Of a stretch of DNA of 64,000 nt, positions 28,901 to 44,379 are shown piece by piece. A program made the translations under genes and the position numbers. Below the pieces are notes generated by a model. It saw only the letters and a list, made by a program, of their open reading frames with translations, ran no database searches and was not told where the DNA came from. Every line of letters begins with the position of its first letter. Positions within the stretch are counted from its first letter, which is position 1. The DNA comes from the human T2T-CHM13v2.0 reference genome, Homo sapiens: NCBI RefSeq assembly GCF_009914755.1, contig NC_060933.1; one strand, given 5' to 3'.

Positions 28901-31680
28901 GAATGGAATGGAATGGAGTGGAATGGATTCAACCCGAATGGAGTGGAAAGGAATGGAATCAACCCGAGTGGAATGGCATGGAATGGAATGGAATGGAATG
29001 GAATGGAATGGAATGGAATGGTTCAGAATAGAATGGATTGGAACAAAATGGAATGGAATGGAATGGAATGGAATGGAATGGAATGGAATAGAATGGAATG
29101 GAATCAAGTCGATTGCAATGGAATGGAATGGAATGGAATAGAATTGAATGGAATCAAGTCGATTGCAATGGAATGGAATGGAATGGAATGGAACGGATTG
29201 GAATGGAATGGAATGGAATGGAATGGAATGGAATTAAATGGAATGGAATGGAATGGAATCAACCCGATTTCAGGGGAATGGAATGGAATGGAATGCAATG
29301 GAATGGAATGGAATGGAATGGAATCAACCCGAGTGGAATGGCATGGAATGGAATGCAATGGAATGGAATGGAATGGAATCAACTCGAGTGGAAAGGAATG
29401 GAATGGAATGGAAAGGAATGGAATGAAATCAACTCGAGTGGAATGGAATGGAATGGAATGGATTGGAATGGATTGCAATGGAATGAAATGGAATGGAATG
29501 GAAAGGAATGGAATGGAATGGAATGGAATGGAATCAACCCGAGTGGAATGGCATGGAATGGAATGCAATGGAATGGAATGGAATGGAATGGAATCAACTC
29601 GAGTGGAAAGGAATGGAATAGAATGGAAAGGAATGGAATGAAATCAACTCGAGTGGAATGGAATGGAATGGAATGGATTGGAATGGATTGCAATGGAATG
29701 AAATGGAATGGAATGGAATGGAATCAATCATTCCGAGTGGAATGGAAGGGAATATAATGGAGTGGAAAGAAGGGAATGGAATCAACCCGAGTGGAATGCA
29801 AGGCAATGGAATGGAATGGAAAGGAATGGAAACGAATCAACTCGATTGCAATGGAATGGAATTCCATGGAATTTAATGGAATGGAATGGAAAGGAATGGA
29901 ATGGAATGAAATGGAATGGAATGGAATGAAATGGAATGGAATGGAATGCAATGGAATGGAATCAACCAGAGTGCAATCAAATGGAATCGAATGGAATGGA
30001 ATGCAATGGAATGGATTCAACTTGAATGGAATGGAAAGAATGGAATCAACACGCGTGGAATGGCATGGATTGGAATGGAATGGAATGGAATCAACCTGAG
30101 TACAGGGGAATGGAATGGAATGGAATGCAATGGAATGGAATCATCCGTATTGGAATGGAAAGGAATGGAATGGAATGGAATGGAATGGAATGGAATGGAA
30201 TGGAATCAACTCGATTGCAATCGAATGGAATGGAATGGAATTAACCCGAATAGAATGGAATGGAATGGAATGGAACGGAACGGAAAGGAACGGAATGGAA
30301 TGGAATGGAATGGAACGGAAAGGAATGGAATGGAATGGAATGGAATGGAATGGAATGGAATGGAATGGAATCAACGCGAGTGCAGGGGAATGGAATGTAA
30401 TGGAATGCAATGGAATGGAATCTTCCGGAATGGAATGGAATGAAATTGAATAAACCCGAGTGCAATGGAATGGAGTGCAATGGAATGGAATGGAATGGAA
30501 CAACCCGAATGGAATCGAATGTAATGGAGAGTAAGGGAGTTGAATAGAATCAATCCGAATGTAATGGAATGGAATGGAATGGAACGGAATGGAATGGAAT
30601 GGAATGGAATGGAATGCAATGGAATGGAATCAACCCGAGTACAATGGAATGGAATGGAATGGAAAGGAATGGAATGGAATGGAATGGAATGGAGTGGAAT
30701 GGAATGGAATGGAATCAACCCGAGTGCAATGGAATGGAGTGAAATGGAATGGAATGGAATGGAAACAACCAGAATGGATTGGAATATAACGGAGTGTAAG
30801 GGAATTGAATAGAATCAATCTGAATGTAATGAAATGCAATGGAACGGAATGGAATGTAATGGAATGGAATGGAATGGAAAGCAATGTAATGGAATCAACC
30901 CGAGTGCAATCGAATGGAATCGAATGGAATGGAATGCAATGGAATGGATTCAACTTGAATGGAAAGTAAAGAATGGAATCAACGCGAGTGGAATGGCATG
31001 GATTGGAATGGAATGGAATGGAATCAACCCGAGTACAGGGGAATGGAATGGAATGGAATGCAATGGAATGGAATCATCCGTAATGGAATGGAAAGGAATG
31101 GAATGGAATGGAATGGAATGGAATGGAATGGAAGGGAATGGAAACAACTCGATTGCAAACGAATGGAATGGAATGGAATAAACCCGAATAGAATGGAATG
31201 GAATGAAACGGAACGGAACGCAATGGAATGGAATGGAATTTAATGGAACGGAAAGGAATGGAATGGAAAGGAATGGAATGGAATGGAATCAACTCGAGTG
31301 CAGGGGAATGGAATGGAATCGAATGGAATGGAATGGAATGGAATGGAATCAACCCGAGTGCAGGGGAATGTAATGGAACGGAATGCAATGGAATGGAATC
31401 ATCCGAAATGGAATGGAATGGAATGGAATGGAATGAACCCGAGTGCAATGGAATGGAGTGGAATAGAATGGAATGGAATGGAACAACCCGAATGGAATGG
31501 AATGTAATGGAGAGTAAGGGAGTTGAAAAGAATCAATCCGAATGTAATGGAATGGAATGGAACGGAATGGAATGGAATGGAATGGAATGGAATGGAATGG
31601 AATGGAATGCAATGGAATGGAATCAACCCGAGTACAATGGAATGGAATGGAATGGAATGGAATGGAATGGAATGGAATGC
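22910..31680 (+). repeat. Rearranged tandem copy of the preceding 13.3-kb segment (9620-22900)
   Basis: 22910-25800 matches 9620-12500 (offset 13287-13322). 25810-26395 matches 19880-20455 (offset 5934). 26400-27390 matches 15500-16715 (offset about 10.9 kb, shrinking after a deletion of about 200 bp). 27395-31680 matches 18690-22900 (offset 8705-8775). Supported by many private variants and by ORF-pair offsets. Confidence 0.85.
27960..29900 (+). repeat. Distinct HSat3 subfamily island, copy 2
   Basis: Same order of private spacers as 19240-21130. The offset is 8720, then 8770 after a 50-bp tandem duplication of GAATCAAGTCGATTGC at 29101/29151. Confidence 0.85.
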
Positions 31681-34600
31681 AATGGAATGGAATCTTCCGG
31701 AATGGAATGGAATGCAATGGAATGGAATGGAATGCAATGGATTCAACTCGATTGCAATGGAATGGAATAGAATGGAATGGAATGGAATGGAATGGAATTA
31801 AACCGAATAGAATGGAATGGAATGGAATGGAACGGAACGGAACGGAACGGAGTGGAATGGAATGGAATGGAATTGTATGGAATGGAATGCAATGGTACGG
31901 AATAGAATGGAATGGAAAGAATTGGAATGGAATGGAATCGAATGGAATGGAATGGAATGGAATGGAATCAACCCGAGTGTAGGGGAATGTAATGGAACGG
32001 AATGCAATGGAATGGAATCATCCGGAATGGAATGGAAAGGAATGGAATGGAATGGAATGGAATGGAATCAACTCGATTGCAATCGAATTGAATGGAATGG
32101 AATTAACCCGAATAGAATGGAATGGAATGGAATGGAATGGAACGGAACGGAATGGAATGGAATGGAATGGAATGGAACGGAAAGGAAGGGAATGGAATGG
32201 AATAGAATGGAATGGAATGGAATCAACGCGAGTGCAGGGGAATGGAATGGAATGGAATGCAATGGAATGGAATCTTCCGGAATGGAATGGAATGGAATGG
32301 AATGGAATGGAATGGAATCAACCCGAGTGCAATGGAATGGAGTGGAATGGAATGGAATGGAATGGAACAACCCGAATGGAATGGAATGTAATGGAGAGTA
32401 AGGGAGTTGAATAGAATCAATGCGAATGTAATGGAATGGAATGGAACGGAATGGAATGGAATGGAATGGAATGGAATGGAATGCAATGGAATGGAATCAA
32501 CCCGAGTGCAATCGAATGGAATCGAATGGAATGGAATGCAATAGAATGGATTCAACTTGAATGGAATGGAAAGAATAGAATCAACACGAGTGGAATGGCA
32601 TGGATTGGAATGGAATGGAATGGAATCAACCCGAGTACAGGGGAATGGAATGGAATGGAATGCAATGGAATGGAATCATCCGTAATGGAATGGATAGGAA
32701 TGGAATGGAATGGAATGGAATGGAATGGAATGGAATGGAATCAACTAGATTGCAATCGAATGGAATGGAATGGAATTAACCCGAATAGAATGGAATGGAA
32801 TGGAATGGAACGGAATGGAATGGAATGGAATGGAATGGAATGGAACGGAATGGAATGGAATGGAATGGAATGGAATGGAATGGAATGGAATCAACGCGAG
32901 TGCAGGGGAATGGAATGGAATGGAATGCAATGGAATGGAATCTTCCGGAATGGAATGGAATGGAATGGAATGGAATGAAATGCAATGGATTCAACTCTAT
33001 TGCAATGGAATGGAATAGAATGGAATGGAATGGAATGGAATGGAATTAATCCGAATAGAATGGAATGGTATGCAATGGAACGGAATGGAACGGAATGGAA
33101 TGGAATGGAATGGTATGGAATCGAATGGAATGGTACGGAATAGAATGGAATGGAACGAATTGTAATGGAATGGAATTGAATGGAATGGAATGGAATGGAA
33201 TGGAATCAACGCGAGTGCAGGGGAATGTAATGGAACGGAATGCAATGGAATGGAATCATCCGGAATGCAATGGAATGGAATGGAATGGAATGGAATCAAC
33301 CCGAGTGCAATGGAATGGAGTGGAATGGAATGGAATGGAATGGAACAACCCGAATGGAATGGAATGGAATGGAGAGTAAGGGAGTTGAATAGAATCAATC
33401 CGAATGTAATGTAATGGAATGGAACGGAATGGAATTGAATGGAATGCAATGGAATGGAATGGAATGGAATGGAATGGAATGGAGTGGAATGCAATGGAAT
33501 GGAATCAACCCGAGTGCAATCGAATGGAATCGAATGGAATGGAATGCAATGGAATGGATTCAACTTGAATGGAATGGAAAGAATGGAATCAACACGAGTG
33601 GAATGGCATCGATTGGAATGGAATGGAATGGAATCTACCCGAGTACAAGGGAATGGAATGGAATGGAATGCAATGGAATGGAATCATCCGTAATGGAATG
33701 GAAAGGAATGGAATGGAATGGAATGGAATGGAATGGAATGGAATGGAATCAACTCGATTGCAATCGAATGGAATGGAATGGAATGGAATGGAATGGAACA
33801 ACCCGAATGGAATGGAATGTAATGGAGAGTAAGGGAGTTGAATAGAATCAATCCGAATGTAATGGAATGGAATGGAACGGAATGGAATTGAATGGAATGG
33901 AATGGAATGCAATGGAATGGAATCAACCCGAGAGCTATGGAATGGAGAGGAATGGAATGGAATGCAATGGAAACTACCCGAATGGAATGGAATGTAATGG
34001 AGTGTAAGGGAATTGAATAGAATCAATCCGAATGTAACGGAATGGAATGGAACGGAATGTAATGGAATGGAATGGAATGGAATGGAATGGAATGGAATCA
34101 ACTCGATTGCAATCAAATGGAATGGAATGGAATTAACCCGAATAGAATGGAATGGAATGGTATGGAACGGAACGGAATGGAATGGAATGGAATGGAATGG
34201 AATGGAATGGAATGGAAGGGAAAGGAAGGGAATGGAATGGAATAGAATGGAATGGAATGGAATCAACGCGAGTGCAGGGGAATGGAATGGAATGGAATGC
34301 AATGGAATGGAATATTCCGGAATGGAATGGAATTGAATGGAATGGAATGGAATCAACCCGAGTGCAATGGAATGGAGTGGAATGGAATGGAATGGAATGG
34401 AACAACCCAAATGGAATTTAATGTAATGGAGAATAAGGGAGTTGAATAGAATCAACCCGAAAGTAATGGAATGGAATGGAACGGAATGGAATTGAATGGA
34501 ATGGAATGGAATGCAATGGAATGGAATCAACCCGAGTGCAATCTAATGGAATCGAATGGAATGGAATGCAATGGAATGGATTCAACTTGAATGGAATGGA

Positions 34601-37600
34601 AAGAATGGAATCAACACGAGTGGAATGGCATGGATTGGAATGGAATGGAATGGAATCAACCCGAGTACAGGGGAATGGAATGGAATGGAATGCAATGGAA
34701 TGGAATCATCCGTAATGCAATGGAAAGGAATGGAATGGAATGGAATGGAATGGAATGGAATGGAATGGAATCAACTCGATTGCAATCGAATGGAATGGAA
34801 TGGAATTAACCCGAATAGAATGGAATGGAATGGAATGGAACGGAACGGAATGGAATGGAATGGAATGGAATGGAATGGAACGGAACGGAACGGAACGGAA
34901 TGGAATGGAATGGAATGGAATGGAATCAACGCGAGTGCAGGGGAATGGAATGGAATGGAATGCAATGGAATGGAATCTTCCGGAATGGAATGGAATGGAA
35001 TGGAATGGAATGAAATGCAATGGATTCAACTCGATTGCAATGGAATGGAATAGAACGGAATGGAATGGAATGGAATGGAATGCAATGGTGTAGAATGGAA
35101 TGGAATGGTACGGAATAGAATGGAATGGAATGAATTGTAATGGAATGGAATTGAATGGAATGGAATGGAATGGAATGGAATCAACGCGAGTGCAGGGGAA
35201 TGTAATGGAACGGAATGCAATGGAATGGAATCATCCGTAATGGAATGGAAAGGAATGGAATGGAATGGAATGGAATGGAATGGAATGGAATGGAATCAAC
35301 TCGATTGCAATCGAATGGAATGGAATGGAATTAACCCGAATAAAATGGAATGGAATGGAATGGAATGGAACGGAACGGAATGGAATGGATTGGAATGGAA
35401 TGGAACGGAAAGGAATGGAATGGAATGGAATGCAATGGAATGGAATCTTCCGGAATGGAATGGAATGGAATGGAATGGAATAAACCCGAGTGCAATGGAT
35501 TGGAGTGGAATGGAATGGAATGGAATGGAACAACCCGAATGGAATGGAATGTAATGCAGTGTAAGGGAGTTGAATAGAATCAATCCGAATGTAATGGAAT
35601 GGAATGGAAGGGAATGGAATGGAATGGAATGGAATGGAATGGAATGGAATGGAATGCAATGGAATGGAATCAACCCGAGTCCAATCGAATGGAATCGAAT
35701 GGAATGGAATGCAATGGAATGGATTCAACTTGAATGGAATGGAAAGAATGGAATCAACACGAGTGGAATGGCATGGATTAGAATAGAATGGAATGGAATC
35801 AATCCGAGTACAGGGGCATGGAATGGAATGGAATGCAATTGAATGGAATCATCCGTAATGGAATGGAAAGGAATGGAATGGAATGGAATGGAATGGAATG
35901 GAATGGAATGGAGTCAACTCGATTGCAATCGAATGGAATGGAATGGAATTAACCCGAATAGAATGGAATGGAATGGAATGGAACGGAACGGAACGGAATG
36001 GAATGGAATGGAATGGAACGGAACGGAACGGAATGGAATGGAATGGAATGGAATGGAATGGAATGGAATCAACGCGAGTGCAGGGGAATGGAATGGAATG
36101 GAATGCATTGGAATGGAATCTTCCGGAATGGAATGGAATGGAATGGAATGGAATGGAATGGAATTAACCCGAATAGAATGGAATGGAATGGAATGGAACG
36201 GAATGGAACGGAATGGAATGGAATGGAATGCAATGGAATGGTATGGAATGGAATGGAATGGTACGGAATAGAATGGAATGGAACGAATTGTAATGGAATG
36301 GAATTGAATGGAATGGAATGGAATGGAATGGAATCAACGCGAGTGCAGGGGAATGTAATGGAACGGAATGCAATGGAATGGAATCATCCGGAATGGAATG
36401 GAATGGAATGGAATGGAATGGAATGGAATCAACCCGAGTGCAATGGAATGGAGTGGAATGGAATGGAATGGAATGGAACAACCCGAATAGAATGGAATGT
36501 AATGGAGAGTAAGGGAGTTGAATAGAATCAATCCGAATGTAATGGAATGGAATGCAACGGAATGGAATGGAATGGAATGGAATGGAATGCAATGGAATGG
36601 AATCAACCCGAGTACAATGGAATGGAATGGAATGGAATGGAATGGAATGGAATGGAATGCCTTCAAACCGAATGGAATGGAAAGGAATGGAACCAACACG
36701 AGTGGAATGGAATGGAATGGAATGGAATGGAATGGAATGATACGGAATAGAATGGAATGGAACAAAATGGAATGGAATGGAATGGAATGGAATGGAATGG
36801 AATGGAATGGAATCGTTCCGAGTGGAATAGGAGGGAATGTATTCGAGTGGAATGGAAAGGAATGGAAACAACCAGAGTGGAATGGAAGGGAATGGAATGG
36901 AATGGAAACTAATAGAATGGAATCAACCCGAGTGGAATGGAATGGAAAGGACTGGAATGGAAAGGAATGGAATGGAATGGAATGGAATGGAATGGAATGG
37001 AATGGAATCAACGCGAGTGCAGGGGAATGGAATAGAATCGAATGGAATGGAATGGAATGGAATCAACCCGAGTGCAGGGGAATGTAATGGAACGGAATGC
37101 AATGGAATGGAATCATCCGGAATGGAATGGAATGGAATGGAATGGAAACAACCCGAGTGCAATGGAATGGAGTGGAATGGAATGGAACGGAATGGAACAA
37201 CCCGAATGGAATGGAATGTAATGGAGAGTAAGGGAGTTGAAAAGAATCAATCCGAATGAAATGGAATGGAATGGAACGGAATGGAATGGAATGGAATGGA
37301 ATGGAATGGAATGGAATGGAATGGAATGCAATGGAATGGAATCAACCCGAGTACAATGGAATGGAATGGAATGGAATGGAATGCAATGGAATGGAATCTT
37401 CCGGAATGGAATGGAATGGAATGGAATGGAATGGAATGGAATGCAATGGATTCAACTCGATTGCAATGGAATGGAATAGAATGGAATGGAATGGAACGGA
37501 ATGGAATTAAACCGAATAGAATGGAATGGAATGGAATGGAACGGAACGGAACGGAAAGGAACGGAACGGAACGGAACGGAGTGGAATGGAATGGAATGGA

Positions 37601-40600
37601 ATTGTATGGAATGGAATGGAATGGTACGGAATAGAATGGAATGGAAAGAATTGGAATCGAATGGAATCGAATGGAATGGAATGGAATGGAATGGAATCAA
37701 CCAGAGTGCAGGGGAATGTAATGGAACGGAATGCAATGGAATGGAATCATCCGGAATGGAATGGAATGGAATGGAATGGAATGGAATGGAATGGAATCAA
37801 CCCGAGTGCAATGGAATGGAGTCGAATGGAATGGAATGGAATGGAAGAACCCGAATGGAATGTAATGTAATGGAGAGTAAGGGAGTTGAATATAATCAAT
37901 CCGAATGTAATGGAATGGAACGGAATGGAATGGAATGGAATGGAACGGAATGGAATGGAATGCAATGGAATGGAATCAACCCGAGTACAATGGAACGGAA
38001 TGGAATGGAATGTAATGTAATGGAATGGAATGGAATGGAATGGAATGGAATGGAATCAACCCGAGTGCAATGGAATGGAGAGGAATGGAATGGAATGGAA
38101 TGGAAACTACCCGAATGGAATGGAATGTAATGGAGTGTAAAGGAATTGAATAGAATCAATCCGAATGCAATGGAATGGAATGGAATGGAACGGAATGGAT
38201 TGGAATGGAATGGAATCAACCCGAGTGCAGGGGAATGGAATGGAATGGAATGCAATGGAATGGAATCATCCGGAATGGAATGGAATGGAATGCAATGGAA
38301 TGGAATGGAATGGAATCAACCCAAGTACAATGGAATGGAGTGAAATGGAATGGAATGGAATGGAAACAACCAGAATGGATTGGAATATAATGGAGTGTAA
38401 GGGAATTGAATAGAATCAGTCTGAATGTAATGAAATGGAATGGAACGGAATGGAATGGAATGGAATGCAATGGAATGGAATCAACCCGAGTGCAATCGAA
38501 TGGAATCGAATGGAATGGAATGCAATGGAATGGATTCAACTTGAATGGAATGGAATGAATGGAATCAACACGACTGGAATGGCATGGATTGGAATGGAAT
38601 GGATTGGAATCAACCCGAGTACAGGGGAATGGAATGGAATGGAATGCAATGGAATGGAATCATCCGTAATGGAATGGAAAGGAATGGAATGGAATGGAAT
38701 GGAATGGAATGGAATCAACTCGATTGCAATCGAATGGAATGGAATGGAATTAAACCGAATAGAATGGAATGGAATGGAATGGAACGGAACGGAACGGAAT
38801 GGAATGGAATGGAATGGAATGGAACGGAACGGAACGGAACGGAATGGAATGGAATGGAATGGAATGGAATCAACGCGATTGCAGGGGAATGGAATGGAAT
38901 GGAATGCAATGGAATGGAATCATCCGGAATGGAATGGAATGGAATGGAATGGAATGGAATGGAATGGAATCAACTCGATTGCAATCGAATGGAATAGAAT
39001 GGAATTAACCCGAATAGAATGGAATGGAATGGAACGGAACGGAATGGAATGGAATGGAATGGAATGGAATGGAATGGAATGGAATCAACGTGAGTGCAGG
39101 GGAATGGAATGGAATGGAATGCAATGGAATGGAATCTTCCGGAATGGAATGGAATGGAATGAAATGCAATGGATTCAACTCGATTGCAATGGAATGGAAT
39201 AGAATGGAATGGAATGGAATGGAATGGAATGGAATGGAATGGAATGGAATTAACCCGAATAGAATGCAATGGAATGGAATGGAACGGAATGGAACGGAAT
39301 GGAATGGAATGGAATGGAATGGAATGGAATGGAATGGTATGGAATGGAATGGAATGGTACGGAATAGAATGGAATGGAATGAATTGTAATGGAATGGAAT
39401 TGAATGGAATGGAATGGAATGGAATGGAATCAACGCGAGTGCAGGGGAATGTAATGGAACGGAATGCAATGGAATGGAATCATCCGGAATGGAATGGAAT
39501 GGATTGGAATGGAATGGAATCAACCCAAGTGCAATGGAATGGAGTGGAATGGAATGGAATGGAATGGAACAACCCGAATGGAATGGAATGTAATGGAGAG
39601 TAAGGGAGTTGAATAGAATCAATCCGAATGTAATGGAATGGAAAGGAACGGAATGGAATGGAATGGAACAACCCGAATGGAATGGAATGTAATGGAGAGT
39701 AAGGGAGTTGAATAGAATCAATCCGAATGTAATGGAATGGAATGGAACGGAATGGAATTGAATGGAATGGAATGGAATGCAATGGAATGGAATCAACCCG
39801 AGTGCTATGGAATGGAGTGGAATGGAATGGAATGGAATGGAACAACCCGAATGGAATGGAATGTAATGGAGAGTAAGGGAGTTGAATAGAATCAATCCGA
39901 ATGTAATGGAATGGAATGCAACGGAATGGAATGGAATGGAATGGAATGGAATGCAATGGAATGGAATCAACCCGAGTACAATGGAATGGAATGGAATGGA
40001 ATGGAATGGAATGGAATGGAATGGAATGGAATGATACGGAATAGAATGGAATGGAATGGAATGGAATGGAATGGAATGGAATGGAATGGAATGGAATCGT
40101 TCCGAGTGGAATAGGAGGGAATGTATTCGAGTGGAATGGAAAGGAATGGAATCAACCAGAGTGGAATGGAAGGGAATGGAATGGAATGGAAACTAATAGA
40201 ATGGAATCAACACGAGTGGAATGGAATGGAAAGGACTGGAATGGAATGGAATGGAATGGAATCAACTCGATTGTAATGGAATGGAATGGAATGGAATGGA
40301 ATGGAATTAACCCGAATACAATGGAATGGAATGGAATGGAACGGAATGGAGTGGAATGGAATGGAATCAACCCGAGTGCAGGGGATTGGAATGGAATGGA
40401 ATGCAATGGAATGGAATCATCCGGAATGGAATGGAATGGAATGGAATGGAATCAACCCGACTGCAGGGGAATGGAATGGAATGGAATGCAATGGAATGGA
40501 TTCAACTTGAATGGAATGGAAAGAATGGAATCAACACGAGTGCAATGGCATGGATTGGAATGGAATGGAATGGAATGGAATCAACCCGAGTACAGGGGAA

Positions 40601-41819
40601 TGGAATGGAATGGAATGGAATGGAATGGAATGGAATGGAATGGAATGGAATGGAATCAACTCGATTGCAATCTAATGGAATGGAATGGAATTAACCCGAA
40701 TAGAATGGAAGGGAATGGAATGGAACGGAACGGAACGGAATGGAATGGATTGGAATGGAATGGAATGGAAAGGAATGGAACGGAAAGGAATGGAATGGAA
40801 TGGAATGGAATGGAATGGAATGGAATGGAATAGAATGGAATCAACGCGAGTGCAGGGGAATGGAATGGAATGGAATGCAATGGAATGGAATCTTCCGGAA
40901 TGGAATGGAATGGAATGGAATGGAATGGAATGCAATGGAATAATCCCGAGTGCAATGGAATGGAGTGGAATGGAATGGAATGGAATGGAACAACCCGAAT
41001 GCAATGGAATGTAATGGAGAGTAAAGGAGTTGAATAGAATCAATCCGAATGTAACGGAATGGAATGGAACGGAATGGAATTGAATGGAATGGAATGGAAT
41101 GCAATGGAATGGAATCAACCCGAGTGCAATGGAATGGAGAGGAATGGAATGGAATGGAATGGAAACTACCCGAATGGAATGGAATGTAATGGAGTGTAAG
41201 GGAATTGAATAGAATCAATCCGAATGTAATGGAATGGAATGGAACGGAAGGGAATGGAATGGAATGGAATGGAATGCAATGGAATGGAATCAACCCGAGT
41301 GCAATCGAATGGAATCGAATGGAATGGAATGCAATGGAATGGATTCAACTTGAATGGAATGGAAAGAATGGAATCAACACGAGTGGAATGGCATGGATTG
41401 GAATGGAATGGAATGGAATCAACCCGAGTACAGAGGAATGGAATGGAATGGAATGCAATGGAATGGAATCATCCGTAATGGAATGGAAAGGAATGGAATG
41501 GAATGGAATGGAATGTAATGGAATCAACTCGATTGCAATCGAATGGAATGGAATGGAATTAACCCGAACAGAATGGAATGGAATGGAATGGAACGGAACG
41601 GAATGGAATGGAATGGAATGGAATGGAATGGAATGGAATGGAATGGAATGGAATGGAATGGAATGGAATCAACGCGAGTGCAGGGGAATGGAATGGAATG
41701 GAATGCAATGGAATGGAGTCTTCCGGAATGGAATGGAATGGAATGGAATGGAATGGAATGAAATGCCATGGATTCAACTCGATTGCAATGGAATGGAATA
41801 GAATGGAATGGAATGGAAT

Positions 41820-43860
41820 GGAATTAACCCGAATAGAATGGAATGGAATGGAATGGAACGGAATGGAACGGAATGGAATGGAATGGAATGGAATGCAATG
41901 GAATGGTATGGAATGGAATGGAATGGTACGGAATAGAATGGAATGGAACGAATTGTAATGGAATGGAATTGAATGGAATGGAATGGAATGGAATGGAATC
42001 AACGCGAGTGCATTGGAATGTAACGGAACGGAATGCAATGGAATGGATTCATCCGGAATGGAATGGAATGGAATGGAATGGAATCAAACCGAGTGCAATG
42101 GAATGGAGTGGAATGGAATGGAATGGAATGGAACAACCCTAATGGAATGGAATGTAATGGAGAGTAAGGGAGTTGAATAGAATCAATCCGAATGCAATGG
42201 AATGGAATGCAACGGAATGGAATGGAATGGAATGGAATGGAATGGAATGGAATGGAATGGAATGCAATGGAATGGAATCAACCTGAGTACAATGGAATGT
42301 AATGTAATGGAATGGAATGGAATGGAATGGAATGCCTTCAAACCGAATGGAATGGAAAGGAGTGGAATCAACACGAGTGGAATGGAATGGAATGGAATGG
42401 AATGGAATGGAATGGAATCATACGGAATAGAATGGAATGGAACGAAATGGAATTGAATGGAATGGAATGGAATAGAATGGAATGGAATGGAATGGAATCG
42501 TTCCGAGTGGAATAGGAGGGAATGTATTCGAGTGGAAAGGAAAGGAATGGAATCAACCAGAGTGGAATGGAAGGGAATGGAATGGAATGGAAACTAATAG
42601 AATGGAATCAACCCGAGTGGAATGGAATGGAAAGGACTGGAATGGAAAGGAATGGAATGGAATGGAATGGAATGGAATGGAATGGAATGGAATCAACACG
42701 AGTGCAGGGGAATGGAATGGAATCGAATGGAATCGAATGGAATGGAATGGAATCAACCCGTGTGCAGGGGAATGTAATGGAACGGAATGCAATGGAATGG
42801 AATCATCCGGAATGGAATGGAATGGAATGGAATGGAATCAACCCGAGTGCAATGGAATGGAGTGGAATGGAATGGAATGGAATGGAACAACCCGAATGGA
42901 ATGGAATGTAATGGAGAGTAAGGGAGTTGAAAAGAATCAATCCGAATGTAATGGAATGGAATGGAACGGAATGGAATGGAATGGAATGGAATGGAATGGA
43001 ATGGAATGCAATGGAATGGAATAAACCCGAGTACAATGGAATGGAATGGAATGGAATGGAACGGAATAGAATGGAATGGAATGCAATGGAATGGAATCTT
43101 CCGGAATGGAATGGAATGGAATGGAATGGAATGGAATGGAATGCAATGGATTCAACTCGATTGCAATGGAATGGAATAGAATGGAATGGAATGGAATGGA
43201 ATGGAATTAAACCGAATAGAATGGAATGGAATGGAATGGAACGGAATGGAACGGAACGGAACGGAACGGAGTGGAATGGAATGGAATGGAATTGTATGGA
43301 ATGGAATGGAATGGTACGGAATAGAATGGAATGGAATGAATTGGAATGGAATAGAATCGAATGGAATGGAATGGAATGGAATGGAATCAACCCGAGTGCA
43401 GGGGACTGTAATGGAACGGAATGCAATGGAATGGAATCATCCGGAATGGAATGGAATGGAATGGAATGGTATGGAATGGAATGGAATCAACCCGAGTGCA
43501 ATGGAATGGAGTGGAATGGAATGGAATGGAATGGAACAACCCGAATGGAATGGAATGTAATGGAGAGTAAGGGAGTTGAATAGAATCAATCCGAATGTAA
43601 TGGAATGGAACGGAATAGAATGGAATGGAATGGAATGGAATGGAATGGAATGGAATGGAATGCAATGGAATGGAATCAACCCGAGTACAATGGAACGGAA
43701 TGTAATGTAATGGAATGGAATGGAATGGAATGGAATGGAATGGAATGGAATGGAATCAACCCGAGTGCAGGGGAATGGAGTGAAATGGAATGGAATGGAA
43801 TGGAAACTACCCGAATGGAATGTAATGTAATGGAGTGTAAGGGAATTGAATAGAATCAAT
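41820..43860 (+). repeat. Duplicate of about 36160-38150 (offset about 5660-5700)
   Basis: Colinear GCCTTCAAACCG, CGTTCCGAGT (36814/42499), AAGGACTGGAATGGAAAGG, GTTGAAAAGAAT, HSE (37393/43093) and GGAAACTACCC (38102/43802). ORF pairs 36837/42522, 37237/42927 and 37486/43186. Confidence 0.75.
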
Positions 43861-44379
43861 CCTAATGGAATGGAATGGAATGGAATGGAATGGAATGGAA
43901 TCAACCCGAGTGCAGGGGAATGGAATGGAATGGAATGCAATGGAATGTAATCTTCCGGAATGGAATGGAATGGAATGGAATGGAATGGAATCAACCCGAG
44001 TGAAATGGAATGGAGTGGAATGGAATGGAATGGAATGGAACAACCCGAATGGAATGGAATGTAATGGAGAGTAAGGGAGTTGAAAAGAATCAATCCGAAT
44101 GTAATGTAATGGAATGGAACGGAATGGAATGGAATGGAATGGAATGGAATGGAATGGAATGGAATGCAATGGAATGGAATCAACCCGAGTGCAATCGAAT
44201 GGAATCGAATGGAATGGAATGCAATGGAATGGATTCAACTTGAATGGAATGGAAAGAATGGAATCAACACGAGTGGAATGGCATGGATTGGAATGGAATG
44301 GATTGGAATCAACCCGAGTAAAGGGGAATGGAATGGAATGCAATGCAATGGAATGGAATCATCCTTAATGGAATGGAAA

